A DNA stretch of 64,000 nucleotides from an uncultured bacterium (GCA_963749495.1 CAVVMW010000012.1:128001-192000); one strand, 5' to 3'. Positions 1 through 10,943 are shown, numbered from the stretch's first letter. Notes: generated by a model not told the origin, from the letters alone. Translations and numbers: made by a program.

Positions 1-294
1 GGCGACGGCATCGCCCTGCCTCACGCGCGCAATGCCTTGGTTGGGCTGGTCGACGAGTCCGTCATCGTGTTTGGCCGGCACGCGCAGGGCATCCCCTACG
101 GCGCTATCGACAGCGCCCCGGCCCGGCTGTTCTTCCTCCTCATCGCCCCGACCGTCACACAGCACCTGGCCATCCTGGCCCGCCTGAGCCGGCTCCTGCG
201 CGATCCCAAGCTGCGCCAGGACCTGCTCGCCGTCGAAACCCCGGACAAGGCCATCGACCTCATCGCCGAGGCGGAGAGGAAGCTGGGGACGTAG
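1..294 (+). CDS. PTS EIIA-type (PtsN/fructose-mannitol family) domain protein, 5'-truncated by window edge
   Basis: Frame 1 reads GDGIALPHAR (EIIA phospho-His motif) ... LFFLLIAP...HLAILARLSRLL. Confidence 0.85.
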   Translation, partial: GDGIALPHARNALVGLVDESVIVFGRHAQGIPYGAIDSAPARLFFLLIAPTVTQHLAILARLSRLLRDPKLRQDLLAVETPDKAIDLIAEAERKLGT

Positions 295-307
295 GACACG
301 GGGCGTG

Positions 308-381
308 GAATGACGAATGACGAATGACGAATGACGAATGAGGATCGTCATTCGTCATTCGTCATTCGTCATTCGTCATTC
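308..381. repeat. Inverted heptamer tandem array (GAATGAC)x~5 / (GTCATTC)x5
   Basis: Read directly; lies between convergent genes and supplies the last codons (MTNDE*) of trmL. Confidence 0.95.
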
Positions 382-847
382 CTCCCGCCTCCCCCTCAAA
401 CCCCTGCTGTCTGAGGGCCTCGAACAGGACCAGAGCGACGCAATTGGAGAGGTTGAGCGAGCGGGCGTTGGGGTTGAACATGGGGATGCGCAGCCAGTGG
501 GGGCGGTTGGCCTCGAGCAGGCTCCGAGGCAGGCCCGCCGTCTCGCGCCCAAACACCAGGTAATCCTCCCGGCAAAACCGCGCCTCGGTGTAGCGGATGG
601 GGCCGCCGGACTCGATGAACCAGAGCCGCGCTCCGGCGGGGAGTTGCCGGCGGAATGAGGCCCAGTCGGCCCAGCGCTGCCACTCGACGTGCTGCCAGTA
701 GTCCATCCCCGCCCGTTTGAGCTGCGCGTCATCCAGCTTGAACCCAAACGGCTCGATCAGGTGCAGACGGCTGTGGGTGGCGGCACAGAGCCGCGCCACG
801 TTCCCCGTGTTGGGCGGTATCTCGGGTTCCACGAGCACGACGTTCAT
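362..847 (-). CDS. trmL: tRNA (cytidine/uridine(34)-2'-O)-methyltransferase
   Basis: SPOUT motifs EPEIPPNTGN, RAGMDYW, FGRETAGLP, RSLNLSN. Confidence 0.95.
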   Translation of the reverse strand: MNVVLVEPEIPPNTGNVARLCAATHSRLHLIEPFGFKLDDAQLKRAGMDYWQHVEWQRWADWASFRRQLPAGARLWFIESGGPIRYTEARFCREDYLVFGRETAGLPRSLLEANRPHWLRIPMFNPNARSLNLSNCVALVLFEALRQQGFEGEAGGMTNDE

Positions 848-860
848 CCCTGGATGGTTG

Positions 861-916
861 AGGGTTCAGGGTTCAGGGTTCAGGGTTCAGGGTTCAGGGT
901 TCACGTTTCACGTTTC
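861..916. repeat. Heptamer tandem array (AGGGTTC)x6 followed by (CACGTTT)x2
   Basis: Read directly; same units recur at 51533-51567. Confidence 0.9.
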
Positions 917-943
917 GTATCTCCGGTTCCACTAATACGACGT

Positions 944-1732
944 TCATCCCTGAGCCGGCGATTGCGCTTTTGCAATCAGCCGACGTTTATAGCGCACCTT
1001 CCACAGCACCAGGCCGTGGGCGGGGGCGGTCATGCCAGCCACACGCCGGTCCTTGGAGTCCAGCATCCGTTTGACCTCGTCCGGGGAGAACTTCCCGAGG
1101 CCCACCTGGACCAGCGTGCCGACAATGCCGCGGCACATCTTGTAGAGGAAACCGTCCCCCTCGATGATGAAAGTGAGCAGCGGCCCGCTCCGCTTGAGGT
1201 CGCAGCGGGACAGAGTGCGGACTGTGGATTGCCGGGCGTAACCCGGGTTGGCGGTGAAAGACTGAAAATCATGGCGCCCGACCAACAGCGGGGCGGCCCG
1301 GCGGATGGCGCGCAGGTCGAGTGGACGCGGCACATGCCAGGCAGTAGAGCGGAGCAAGGGGTTCATCGCGAGGTGGTTCCAGACGCAATAGCGGTACTGC
1401 TTGCCCGTGGCGCCGAAACGGGCATGGAAGTCCCCCCGGACGCGCGCGGCGCAGAGCACGCGGACATCCGGCGGCAGCCACGCGTTGAGCGCCAGGGCCA
1501 GCTTGCGGACCGGCATCTTGAATTGGGCGCGCGGCACCTCGAAGTGCGCTACCAGGCCCAGTGCGTGTACCCCGGCGTCCGTCCGGCTGGAGCCGTGGAC
1601 CCGCGGGCGGCTCGGGAAAAGCTTCGCCAGCGCCTCTTCGACTTTCTCCTGCACCCCGGTCCCCAGCCTCTGCACCTGCCACCCTTCGTAACCGGTGCCG
1701 TCGTAGGCGATGGTCAGCTTGAACTTAGACAT
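944..1732 (-). CDS. truA: tRNA pseudouridine(38-40) synthase
   Basis: KLTIAYDGT..GWQ, SRTDAGVHA, FHARF, GFLYKMCR, TAPAHGL. Confidence 0.95.
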   Translation of the reverse strand: MSKFKLTIAYDGTGYEGWQVQRLGTGVQEKVEEALAKLFPSRPRVHGSSRTDAGVHALGLVAHFEVPRAQFKMPVRKLALALNAWLPPDVRVLCAARVRGDFHARFGATGKQYRYCVWNHLAMNPLLRSTAWHVPRPLDLRAIRRAAPLLVGRHDFQSFTANPGYARQSTVRTLSRCDLKRSGPLLTFIIEGDGFLYKMCRGIVGTLVQVGLGKFSPDEVKRMLDSKDRRVAGMTAPAHGLVLWKVRYKRRLIAKAQSPAQG

Positions 1733-1759
1733 CGGTCCGTCGCGCATCACCCATGCCTC

Positions 1760-2170
1760 TCAGGATATGCTATCCAGATAACTCTGGAGCAGAATGGCCG
1801 CCGCCATCTTGTCCACCTTCTGCTTGCGTTGCTGGCGGCGCACGTTGGCTTCAATCAGAAGGCGGTTGGCCTGGACCGAGGTCAACCGTTCGTCCCAGGT
1901 TTTGACCGGGACATCGATGGCGGCGCGCAAGGCGGCCACGAATTCCTGGACCTTTGCGGCGGCCGGACCGTAGGTGCCGTCCATATTGCGCGGCATGCCG
2001 ACCAGAACCAACTCGACCTCCCGCTGGCCCAGCAACTCCCGGAGGCGGGCCATGAAGCCTGCCAGCGGCTCGGCCGACACAAACTCCAGGGGCTGGGCGA
2101 TGGTCTTGAGTTCGTCGCTGATAGCGATGCCCATCCGCCGGGTTCCGTGGTCGATGGCCAGGATTCTCAT
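1760..2170 (-). CDS. ruvX: Pre-16S rRNA nuclease / Holliday-junction-resolvase-like YqgF
   Basis: RILAIDHGTRRMGIAISD, WDERLTS, VDKMAAAILLQSYLD. Confidence 0.93.
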   Translation of the reverse strand: MRILAIDHGTRRMGIAISDELKTIAQPLEFVSAEPLAGFMARLRELLGQREVELVLVGMPRNMDGTYGPAAAKVQEFVAALRAAIDVPVKTWDERLTSVQANRLLIEANVRRQQRKQKVDKMAAAILLQSYLDSIS

Positions 2171-2171
2171 G

Positions 2172-3458
2172 TCACAGCGCCTTCATTACCTTTGCCGCCG
2201 CCTGCACCGTCCGGTCGATGTCCCCAGCGGAATGGGCGGTGGAAAGGAAGCCGGCCTCGAATTGGGACGGCGCCAGATAGACCCCTGCCTCCAGCATTCC
2301 GTGGAAGTATTTCTTGAACCGTTCGCGGTCGCTGGTCATGGCATCGGCCAGGTTGTGGACCGGTTGGCTGGTGAAATAGGCGCAGAACATCGAACCACAA
2401 CGGTTGAACTGGACTGGCAGGCCGGCCGCCTTGGCGGCCTGCTTGAGGCCTGCCTCCAGCGCGGCGCCCGACGCCTCAAGTTTGCCGTAGGCCTGGACGG
2501 CCTCGAGTTCCTCGAGCGCCGCTATCCCGGCGGCCATGGCCAGCGGATTGCCGCTCAAGGTGCCTGCCTGGTACACCGGCCCAAGCGGGGCCAGGCAATC
2601 CATGATCTCGGCGCGCCCGCCGAAGGCCCCGACCGGCAGCCCGCCGCCGATGACCTTGCCGAAGCAGGTCAGGTCGGGCCGAATCCCGAAGCACTCCTGC
2701 GCGCCGCCCTTGGCCAGGCGAAAACCGGTCATGACTTCGTCGAAGATTAGCAGCGCACCTTGCGCGGCCGTGATCTCACGGAGGAACTGGAGGTAACCGG
2801 GCTTGGGCAGATACAAGCCGGCATTGCCCGGCACCGGTTCGATGATGATACCGGCGACTTGGCCGGGGTTGGCAGCGAAAGCGGCCTGGACCGCCTGCGG
2901 GTCGTTGTAGGGCAGGAGGATCGTGTGCTGGGTAAAGGCGGCCGGCACACCGGCGCTGTCGGGGTGGCCGAAGGTCAGCGCCCCGGAGCCTGCCTTGACC
3001 AGGAGTGAATCGACGTGCCCGTGGTAGCAGCCGTCGAACTTGATGATCTTATCGCGCCGGGTGAACCCTCGGGCCAGGCGGATGGCCGACATCGTGGCCT
3101 CCGTCCCCGAATTGCACATCCGCACCTTCTGCACGCTGGGCACCCACGAGCAGATCAGCCGGGCCATCTTCACCTCCAACGGGTTGGGGATGCCGAAGCT
3201 GGTGCCGCGCTCCGCCGCTTCCTGCACTGCCCGGATCACCTTGGGCGGCGCATGACCCAGGATCGCCGGCCCCCACGTCCCCACATAATCCACATACTCG
3301 TTCCCGTCCACGTCCCACACGCGCGCGCCCCGGGCCCGGTCCACAAAAAACGGCCGGCCGCCCACAGCCCGAAATGCCCGCACCGGCGAGTTGACGCCCC
3401 CGGGGATGCAGCGCAGCGCCTCCGCAAAGAGTTGCTCGGATCTCGTCCGCGAAATCAT
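2172..3458 (-). CDS. hemL: Glutamate-1-semialdehyde 2,1-aminomutase
   Basis: [52 protein letters not shown]. Confidence 0.97.
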   Translation of the reverse strand: MISRTRSEQLFAEALRCIPGGVNSPVRAFRAVGGRPFFVDRARGARVWDVDGNEYVDYVGTWGPAILGHAPPKVIRAVQEAAERGTSFGIPNPLEVKMARLICSWVPSVQKVRMCNSGTEATMSAIRLARGFTRRDKIIKFDGCYHGHVDSLLVKAGSGALTFGHPDSAGVPAAFTQHTILLPYNDPQAVQAAFAANPGQVAGIIIEPVPGNAGLYLPKPGYLQFLREITAAQGALLIFDEVMTGFRLAKGGAQECFGIRPDLTCFGKVIGGGLPVGAFGGRAEIMDCLAPLGPVYQAGTLSGNPLAMAAGIAALEELEAVQAYGKLEASGAALEAGLKQAAKAAGLPVQFNRCGSMFCAYFTSQPVHNLADAMTSDRERFKKYFHGMLEAGVYLAPSQFEAGFLSTAHSAGDIDRTVQAAAKVMKAL

Positions 3459-3545
3459 GCCGGGAAGGTAGCCGGTGGCACGTGAATTGCACGAAGCAAT
3501 TGCTGGTAAGGCCTCAGTGGCGGGGGGGGGGCGCTATCGCGGGCC

Positions 3546-3694
3546 GACCCCTCACCCCAACCCTCTCCCCATCGGATGGGGAGAGGGAGAAGGCTCCATA
3601 GCGGATCGAGGAGCCTGAGACACCTGGAAGTTCAAGAGCCGCCGCGGCTTCTCCCTCTCCCCATCGGAAGGGGAGAGGGTCGGGGTGAGGGGTC
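3546..3694. repeat. REP/MITE-like inverted element, CCCTCACCCC..CCCTCTCCCC..GGGGAGAGGG family, copy 1
   Basis: Two hairpin-bearing arms in inverted orientation; related copies at 12956-13108 and 15407-15556. Confidence 0.9.
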
Positions 3695-3758
3695 TGCCCC
3701 TTGGCGCTCCCGCCTTCATTGAGGCCTTACAATTGCTGTTTCGTGCCCGGTCCACCCC

Positions 3759-4763
3759 TCATGGGGCGAGGGCGTCCTTGTAACGTTCGCAGAGGGCCAG
3801 GGCGGTCTCGCGCAGGCGGGCGGCCAGGGCTTGGGGCCGCACCACGATGGCATGGGTGCCCCAGCCCAGGACCCATCGCTCCGCCTCTTTGAGACTGCTC
3901 AATCGGAGCGCAAGCCGGGCCTTGCCGCCGGGCAACTCGGTCAATTGCTGGCTGGCGTGCCAGCGGCGGCCGCGGATCAGGTCCGCCGCCCAGGCGTCGA
4001 AGTCCAGGACCAGTTCATAATCGCCGCGGCCGCGATAGACATTGAAGCTGCCGCGCAGGTATTCGTCGAGATCGAAGTCGTGGGGTTTGGCAAAGCGCTC
4101 GCGGGTGATCTCGGGCCGGTGCAGGCGGGTCAGGACGAAGGTGCGCAAGTCGCGGCGGCGGACATCGAAGGCGAAGAGATACCATTGGTTATCAATGCAG
4201 GCCAGGTGATAGGGATAGACCCGGCGGCGCCGGGCGCGGGGCGTGCCCAGGTTGCGGTAGAGAAAGGTCAAGGCACGGCACTGGCGCAGGGCCTGGGCGA
4301 TGACCTGGAAGGCCGACAGATCGGCATCCTCGGGGGCGAACGGGCGGAAGGAGAGGACCTCGTCCAGGTTGGCCATGGTGAAGCGCAGGCGCCCGTCCAG
4401 TTGGCCGGTCAGTTTGCGGAAGGCCGTCTCCAGCGGTTGCTGGAAGGGCGTTCCCTGGTATTGGGTGATGGCCTTGTGGGCGACCAGGACCGCAAACAGC
4501 TCGGCCTCGGTCATCGAGACTGCCGGCAGGTGTTCCACAGGCCGTTCGTAGTAATAGCCCTTGCGGTGCGGGTCGTACTCGATCGGCAGGTCCAGCCGGT
4601 ACTTCATAAAGTCCACGTCCCGGCTGGCGGAGCGGGTCGAATACTCGAACTCCTGGGCCAGAGTGGAGCAATTGGGGTAGCGGGCGCTGCGCAGCAGTTG
4701 GTGGATGCGCATCATCCGGCCCCAGGGAGCGCGGCAATGGATCTCAGGCTGGACCTTCGGCAT
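3759..4763 (-). CDS. HTH-WYL-WCX transcriptional regulator (PafB/PafC-like)
   Basis: N-terminal wHTH (LAQEFEYSTRSASRDV), WYL domain (RRVYPYHL...WYLFAFD...RTFVLTRL), C-terminal WVLGWG. Confidence 0.9.
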   Translation of the reverse strand: MPKVQPEIHCRAPWGRMMRIHQLLRSARYPNCSTLAQEFEYSTRSASRDVDFMKYRLDLPIEYDPHRKGYYYERPVEHLPAVSMTEAELFAVLVAHKAITQYQGTPFQQPLETAFRKLTGQLDGRLRFTMANLDEVLSFRPFAPEDADLSAFQVIAQALRQCRALTFLYRNLGTPRARRRRVYPYHLACIDNQWYLFAFDVRRRDLRTFVLTRLHRPEITRERFAKPHDFDLDEYLRGSFNVYRGRGDYELVLDFDAWAADLIRGRRWHASQQLTELPGGKARLALRLSSLKEAERWVLGWGTHAIVVRPQALAARLRETALALCERYKDALAP

Positions 4764-4825
4764 AAGGCTCGCGGTGTGGTCTTTGCGGTTACCTTTTGGC
4801 GATGAAGGCGGAAAATGTCAATACG

Positions 4826-4859
4826 CTTCACGTCCTCTTAAGGTGGGGGGTGCTACGCT
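4826..4859 (+). promoter_or_regulatory. OmpR/PmrA-type direct-repeat box plus extended -10 promoter, copy 1
   Basis: CTTCAC-N5-CTTAAG then TGcTACGCT, 6 nt before ATG 4866; same layout at 6543-6575. Confidence 0.55.
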
Positions 4860-4865
4860 GCGGGC

Positions 4866-6421
4866 ATGAAAACGAATGGAAGATTGGTTTTGGGCGCGAT
4901 GCTTGGCGCCGCTCTCTGCACGTTGGGGAGCGGGGCGGCGCAGGAACAGGAACCTGGGATGGCTGCCGCCGCGGGCGCCGCCAGTGCCGGGGCCGACGGC
5001 CTGCCCCTGAACTTCCATAACGCCCCGCTGAGCCTGGTCCTCGAGTACCTCAGTGATGCCGCTGGGTTCATCATCAACCCGCAGACGGAAGTCCGCGGCA
5101 ATGTCGAGGTCTGGAGCAAGACACCCGTCTCGCGCGAGGAGGCCGTGCAGTTGGTCAACTCGGCTATCAGAAAGAACGGCTATGCCCTGGTGCGAAGCGG
5201 GCGCATTTTGAAGCTGGTGAGCCTGACGGACTCCGGGCGCCAGGACCTCGAGGTGGCCGCCGGCAACAACCCCGAGGCGGTGGAAAAGTCCAGCGAAGTC
5301 GCCGTGCAGGTCATCCCGGTCCGATATATCAGCGCCAGCCAGTTGATGAACAATCTCCAGCCGCTCCTGCCCGCCGGCGCCTTGCTCACGGTTAACGAAA
5401 GCGCCAATTCGCTCATCCTGGTGGCCGCCAAGGCCGACATCCGCCGAACGCTCAAGATCGTTGCCGCCTTGGATGCCTCGCAGGTGGCGGCCTCCTCGCT
5501 TCGGGTCTTTCCACTGCACTATGCCGATGCCAAACAGTTGGCCACGGTCGTGCAGCAGCTCTTCTCGGCACAGACCTCGAGCCAGGACAACAACGGCATG
5601 AATTCTCCCGGCCCGGGCGGCGTTCCAGGCGGCGGCTTCGGTCCCCAGGACCTTCCCGGGGGGCCGCCCGGCTTCGGCATGGCCAGCGCCCGGGCCAGGC
5701 CAACACCGGCAGCGCGGCCCTGGGCAAGGTCCTGGCCACGGCCGACGAGCCATCCAATTCGCTGATCGTTTATGGGCAGGCCGCCTCGATGCCGGCCATC
5801 GCAAACCTGGTGCTGCAACTGGACCAGTCCGTGACCGACATAACCGAACTGCGCGTCTTCCGGCTTGCCAACGCCGATTCCGAGGAACTCGCCCAGAGCC
5901 TCTCGCAACTCTTTCCGGACAACACCGCCAATGGCAGCAACCAGGACTCGATGGGGTTCCGCGTCGGCCCGCCCGACTTCGACCCCGACGGCGACCAAGC
6001 CAACAGCAGTGCCCGGGCCAAGAAGAAGAGCCGCATCCAGGCCGTGGCCGACCCGCGCACCTCCTCGCTGCTGGTCAGCGCCCCAAGCACCGTCATGCCC
6101 CAGATTGCCAAGCTCATCCAAAGCCTGGATGCCAGCCCGGCCAGGAAAGAAAAGGTCAAGGTCTATGAACTGCAGAATGCCGACCCGCAGGACGTTTACC
6201 AGATCCTGCAGGACCTCTTCAATCGGAACACGGCCATGCGCAACAACAGCAACAACCGCAATTCGCTCCTGGGCCAGAACAATCCGCTCTCCACCCGCCA
6301 GAGCCGGCTGCAGAGCTCGAACTCCGGCACAAGCCAGGGCCTTGGCAATGCCGGCGGCAGCAGCGGGATGGGCGGGGCGGGAGGAGGCGCAGGCGGCGGC
6401 GGCGGCGGCGGCCAATTCTGA
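4866..6421 (+). CDS. Secretin (GspD-like) N-terminal-domain protein lacking the C-terminal secretin barrel; frameshift near 5700-5760
   Basis: Signal peptide; LNFHNAPL..VLEYLS (N0); repeated N-domain motifs VIPVRY..A, VFPLHYADA, VFRLANADS, VYELQNAD; ORFs 4866-5765 and 5789-6421 join by a frame change. Confidence 0.75.
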
Positions 6422-6433
6422 GCGCGGATGGGG

Positions 6434-6530
6434 GAATGAGGAATGACGAATGACGAATGACGAATGACGAATGCAGACCGTGCAGTCTGTCCCTTATGTC
6501 CCTTACGTCCCTTATGTCCCTTGTGTCCCT
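6434..6530. repeat. (GAATGAC)n array followed by 9-mer (TGTCCCTTA)n array
   Basis: Read directly. Confidence 0.9.
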
Positions 6531-6542
6531 TCCGCCTCTTGC

Positions 6543-6575
6543 CTTAATGTCTTCTTAAGGTGCCCCTGTTACACT
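6543..6575 (+). promoter_or_regulatory. OmpR/PmrA-type direct-repeat box plus extended -10 promoter, copy 2
   Basis: CTTAAT-N5-CTTAAG then TGtTACACT upstream of ATG 6587. Confidence 0.6.
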
Positions 6576-6586
6576 CACAACAAAAT

Positions 6587-7279
6587 ATGAAAACTAGAAC
6601 ATTCATTCAAACGACCAAGTTAAGCATCCTCGGAGCGGCTGTGTGGCTGCTCGTAGGCACCGGGAATCTCCGGGCCCAGGACCAGGCCCGGCCCAATTTC
6701 GACCCTGAACAGATGCGCCAGCGGATGCTGGAACGAATTCGCGGCCAGCTCGAAGTCAAAGACGACTCAGAGTGGAAGATCATCTCGGAGCGGATCGGCA
6801 AGGTCCAGCAGGCGCGCCGGGCGGTGGGTGGCCCGGGGGGCTTCCCTGGGGGCATGGGCGGCTTTCCACCGCCGGGTGGCTTCCCGCCGGGAGGTCCGGG
6901 TGGACAGGGCGGTCAAGGCGGTCCGGGTGGTCCGGGCGACCAAGGCGGGCTCGGTGGCCCGGGTGGTCCGGGCGGGCAGGGCGACCAAGGCGGTCCGGGC
7001 GGTCCGGGCGGGTTTGGCGGTCCCGGCGGTCCCGGTGGTTTCCCTGGCGGCCCCGGAGGCCCTCCCGGATTCAATCGGGAACCCAACCCGGAGATGGATG
7101 CCCTGCGCCAGGCGATCCAGGCCAAGGCCTCGGGGGCCGACCTGAAAGCCAAATTGACCCAACTCAGGGAGGCTCGCAAGAAGAAGGAAGCCGACCTGGA
7201 GAAGGCGCAGGAGGACCTGCGCCAGGTTCTCTCCGTCCGCCAAGAGGCCATCGCCGTCACCCTCGGGCTGCTGCGCTGA
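6587..7279 (+). CDS. Exported helical protein with a long Gly/Pro low-complexity insert
   Basis: Signal peptide MKTRTF...LRA; helical blocks flanking GGPGG repeats; A-rich leader. Confidence 0.75.
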   Translation: MKTRTFIQTTKLSILGAAVWLLVGTGNLRAQDQARPNFDPEQMRQRMLERIRGQLEVKDDSEWKIISERIGKVQQARRAVGGPGGFPGGMGGFPPPGGFPPGGPGGQGGQGGPGGPGDQGGLGGPGGPGGQGDQGGPGGPGGFGGPGGPGGFPGGPGGPPGFNREPNPEMDALRQAIQAKASGADLKAKLTQLREARKKKEADLEKAQEDLRQVLSVRQEAIAVTLGLLR

Positions 7280-7306
7280 GCGGCCTGTGCCCCCCTGATT
7301 TTCGGG

Positions 7307-8364
7307 CTACACCGCCTGCGCCACGAGATCGCCGACCTGGGAGGTGCTGTAGCCCATCTTGCCGGCGGCCAAGCTCTTGATCTTGTCGCGGACGGTGTTG
7401 ATGACGGCGGTTTCGATGGCCTTGGCGGCCTGGGTTTGGCCCAGGAAATCCAGGAGCATCTGGCCGGCGCAGATGGCGGCCAGGGGGTTGATGACACCCT
7501 TGCCGGTGTATTTGGGGGCGCTGCCGCCGATAGGCTCGAACATGCTGGTGCCTTGCGGGTTGATGTTGCCGCCGGCAGCGATGCCCATCCCGCCCTGGAG
7601 CATGGCGCCCAGGTCGGTGATGATGTCCCCGAACATGTTGTCGGTCACGATGACGTCGAACCATTCCGGGTTCTTCACGAACCACATCGTCGTGGCGTCC
7701 ACGTGGGCGTAATCGCGCTTGATGTCGGGGTAATCGCGCTGGCCGATTTCGTGGAAGGCGCGTTCCCACAGGTCGAAGGCGTAGGTGAGCACGTTGGTCT
7801 TGCCGGAGAGGGTGAGCTTCTTGTCCTTGTTCCGCTTGCGGGCGTAGTCGAAGGCAAAGCGCAGGCACCGCTCGACGCCGCGCCGGGTATTGACGCTCTC
7901 TTGCAGGGCGATCTCGTTGGGGGTGCCCTTGAAGACGAAACCGCCGGCGCCGGTGCAGACCCCTCGTTGTTCTCGCGCACGACCACGAAATCGATCTGCT
8001 CCGGCTTCTTGTCCTTGAGGGGGCAGAACCGCGCGTCATAGAGCTTGACCGGACGCAGGTTGACGTATTGCTCCAGTTCGAAGCGGGTGCGAAGGAGGAT
8101 GCCCTTTTCGAGGATGCCAGGCTTGACGTCCGGATGGCCGATGGCGCCCAGCAGGATGGCGGGAAACCGGCGCAGTTCGTTGAGCACGCTCTCGGGCAGC
8201 ACTTCCCCCGTGCGCAGGTAGCGTTCGCCGCCCACGTCGTAGCGCGTGTAATTGAGCTTGAGCTCAAACTTCCCAGCGGCCGCCTCCAGCACCTTGATCG
8301 CCTCGTTGGTGACTTCGGGCCCGGTGCCGTCCCCGCCAATGACTGCAATATCGTAGCTCTTCAT
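7307..8364 (-). CDS. leuB: 3-isopropylmalate dehydrogenase; frameshift near 7960
   Basis: [28 protein letters not shown] | [25 protein letters not shown]. Confidence 0.9.
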
Positions 8365-8462
8365 GAATGATCGTTCTTGCGCTGCCTGCCTCGAGGGCAG
8401 GGGCGCAGAAGCCTAATGGTTCCCGCCCAAGTGGCAACGGAAATCTCGTGACCATTCGAGGT

Positions 8463-8576
8463 GTGGGGCAGACCTCTGGTCTGCCGGTTCACGGAGCCTC
8501 CGGCTCCGTGTCCCTTGCAGTTGCGAGGCGCGGGGCCAGAGGCCCCTGCAACCGGCAGACCGGAGGTCCGCCCCAC
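8463..8576. repeat. GTGG-type REP-like inverted pair
   Basis: GTGGGGCAGACCTCTGGTCTGCCGGT ... ACCGGCAGACCGGAGGTCCGCCCCAC. Confidence 0.8.
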
Positions 8577-8604
8577 GCGTCCCCACCTGAACATTTACGA
8601 AATC

Positions 8605-10865
8605 TCAATTCTCCACCTCGAACCCCCGCACGTTGAGATAGCGGTCGGTCGAGTGCTCGGGTTTGTCCGGGAGCAGGCGCAGGCGGATCGTGTGGCGGCC
8701 AGGGGCCAGGCCGCGGTGAGACCAATCGAAGGGCAGGTCACGCCCGGGGCCGTATTGGTCCACGATGCCGATGACGCGCTCGTCAATGGTGACCTCGGCG
8801 CGGCCGGCGTCGTTGTAACGCCAGCCCAGCCAGCGGATGCCGGTGCCTTCAAACTCACACTCGGCCGTGGCCCCGACTTCGTTGGAGTAGCGGTGTACGC
8901 CGGCGTCGTTCCAATGCCCGGCGAATTTGACATCGCGGTAGGGAATCCGTGTCCCGATTCGCGGGTCCAGATAGACGAAGCAGCGCTCGCCCGCGCGGAG
9001 CGCATAGAACGGCTGGACCCGCACGGCGGGGCTCGAGGCCAGAGTGAAGTGGAGCGGCAGATCGGGGTCGGGCGACAGGGCCCGATCCAGGGCCGCGACG
9101 TCGATCGAGCGAAGGGCCTGCGGCCGTGGCGCTTGAAAGGCCAGGACCACGGGCCCGTAAAGGGCGGCGGCCGGCCAGGGCTGCGGGGCTGCCAAGGGCG
9201 CGGCCCACAACTTCATGGGCAGCCGCAACGTGATGACGTCACCATTGTTCCACGAGCGGCGCAGCGCGGCCCAGTGGCCCGGTTCGAGGGCCAGGGCGGC
9301 ATCACGCCCGTTGATCGCGGCCTGGATGGGCTGCGCCAGCCAGGCGGGCACGCGGACCTTGATGCCAAACTGGCCGGTCTGCTGGACCTGCAGCGCCAGG
9401 CGGACCTGGTCGGTCTCCGGAAAACGGGTCTCCTGGGTCAGGGTGACGGTGCCGCCGGGGCGCGTCCATTGTACGGTGGAAGGCACGAAGAGGTTGATGC
9501 AGAGGTCTTGAGCGTCGTGGAAGTAGATGAGGTCGTGGTAATCGGCAACGGCCTGTGGGCGGGTGCCGGTGCAGCACGACCAGCCAAAGTCGGTATTGCG
9601 TTTGGCGCCGCCGTGCAGGCAATAGTCCGAATAGTAGAACACGCAGCCGTTGGTGGTCGTGGGGATGGAGGCGCTCAGGCCGTTATAGACCAGGCGCTCG
9701 ATCCAATCGCCATAGGCGGCGTCGCCAGTGAACGAGATGAGGTGCTTGGCCAGCTTGAATGCGGCCCAGCAACCGCATTGGGTCTCGAAGGTGTTGTGCG
9801 TGTCCTCCAGCTTTTGGAGCAGCTTGTCGCGTGGCAGCAACTCCTCGTCCGGGCCCCAGCCGCCGGTGGCGAAGCATTGCCGGGCCTGGAGGTAGCGATA
9901 CGCGTTCTTGATCGTATCGAGGTAGGAGGCCTCGCCTTTGACCAGATAGGCAGCGGCGGCGCCGCCCAGGGTATTGACATGGCTGTAGGCGTGATAAACC
10001 GAGGAGATGGCGCCGTCGGGGCGCGGCGCGAAGATGTCGCCGTCGCGGGCATAGACGTCCCAGTAGTCATGGTACTCCCAGACCTCGGCGAATTGGCGGT
10101 ACTTGGGGTCGCCGGTGGCCAGATAAGCGCGGTAGAGATTCTCGCTCAAGGTGTACCATTCCGTGGCGGTATCGTTGACGCGGCGGGAGCGGTCCAGGTG
10201 CTTGATGGCCCAATCGGTGATGCGGCTCAGGGCGCCGAGTGCCTCCGGGCTGCCGCAATAGAGACAACTGTCCACCAAGCCCCAGAGCATCTTGTCGTAG
10301 ATGTAATGCGGGGCGTTGGGTTTGCGGGAGGCGTAGAAGTAGCCGTCGGGCTCGATGCACTTGGCCCACTGGGCGACGAGGCGGTTGGCCTTGTCACGGC
10401 AGGCAGGGTCGCCGGTGCCCGCGTGCAGCCGCGCCAGGCCCGAGACGATCTGGCCGAAGACCAGGAAGATGTCGCCGCTGTACCAGCCGCCCAAGTCGTT
10501 GCCGGGGGCCGGCCCGCGCGGGCGCGGAACCCCTTCAACAGGTCGTCGTCCGGGATGGCCAGGTAGAATTGGCGGACCTCCTCGACCTGGTTCTTGAGAG
10601 GTCCCGGCCCCAGGGTGACGCCGTGAAAACCGAACGGCTCGACCAGGCGCCGCCCGGCCGGCTGGGGCAGGACCTTTTGAAAGGCGGAAAGGGGCCCGCT
10701 GCCGAACCCGTCGGCATTCGAAAACCATCCCGGCGCCGCCAACTCTGCGGCTGCGCACCAGAGGGCGAGGAGACACAGGACCGCGGAGAGGCGTGGGCTG
10801 CGACGGCCCGAACAGGTCAAGTGAGGTGAGCGCATTAGGGAATGGTCAGCACAATTCGTCTTCAT
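8605..10865 (-). CDS. Glycoside hydrolase family 127 (beta-L-arabinofuranosidase-like); frameshift near 10520
   Basis: DDLLKGFR | LGGWY, HAYSH, FATGGWG, ETQC, WSCCTGT, QETRFP, VRVPAW; signal peptide. Confidence 0.8.
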
Positions 10866-10943
10866 GGATCAGACAATATTCGCAGCAGCGGCCGGCGCGG
10901 GAGCGGATGGCGTTCCGCAAGGGTTCCGGCACTCGCGTGGCGC

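Noticed and set aside
689..2317. Long + strand ORF (542 aa) and similar shadow ORFs such as 8461-10566, 12850-15237, 30520-32508, 38071-39723 and 49219-50958
   Set aside because: Antisense to well-supported genes; expected in high-GC DNA; no motifs.
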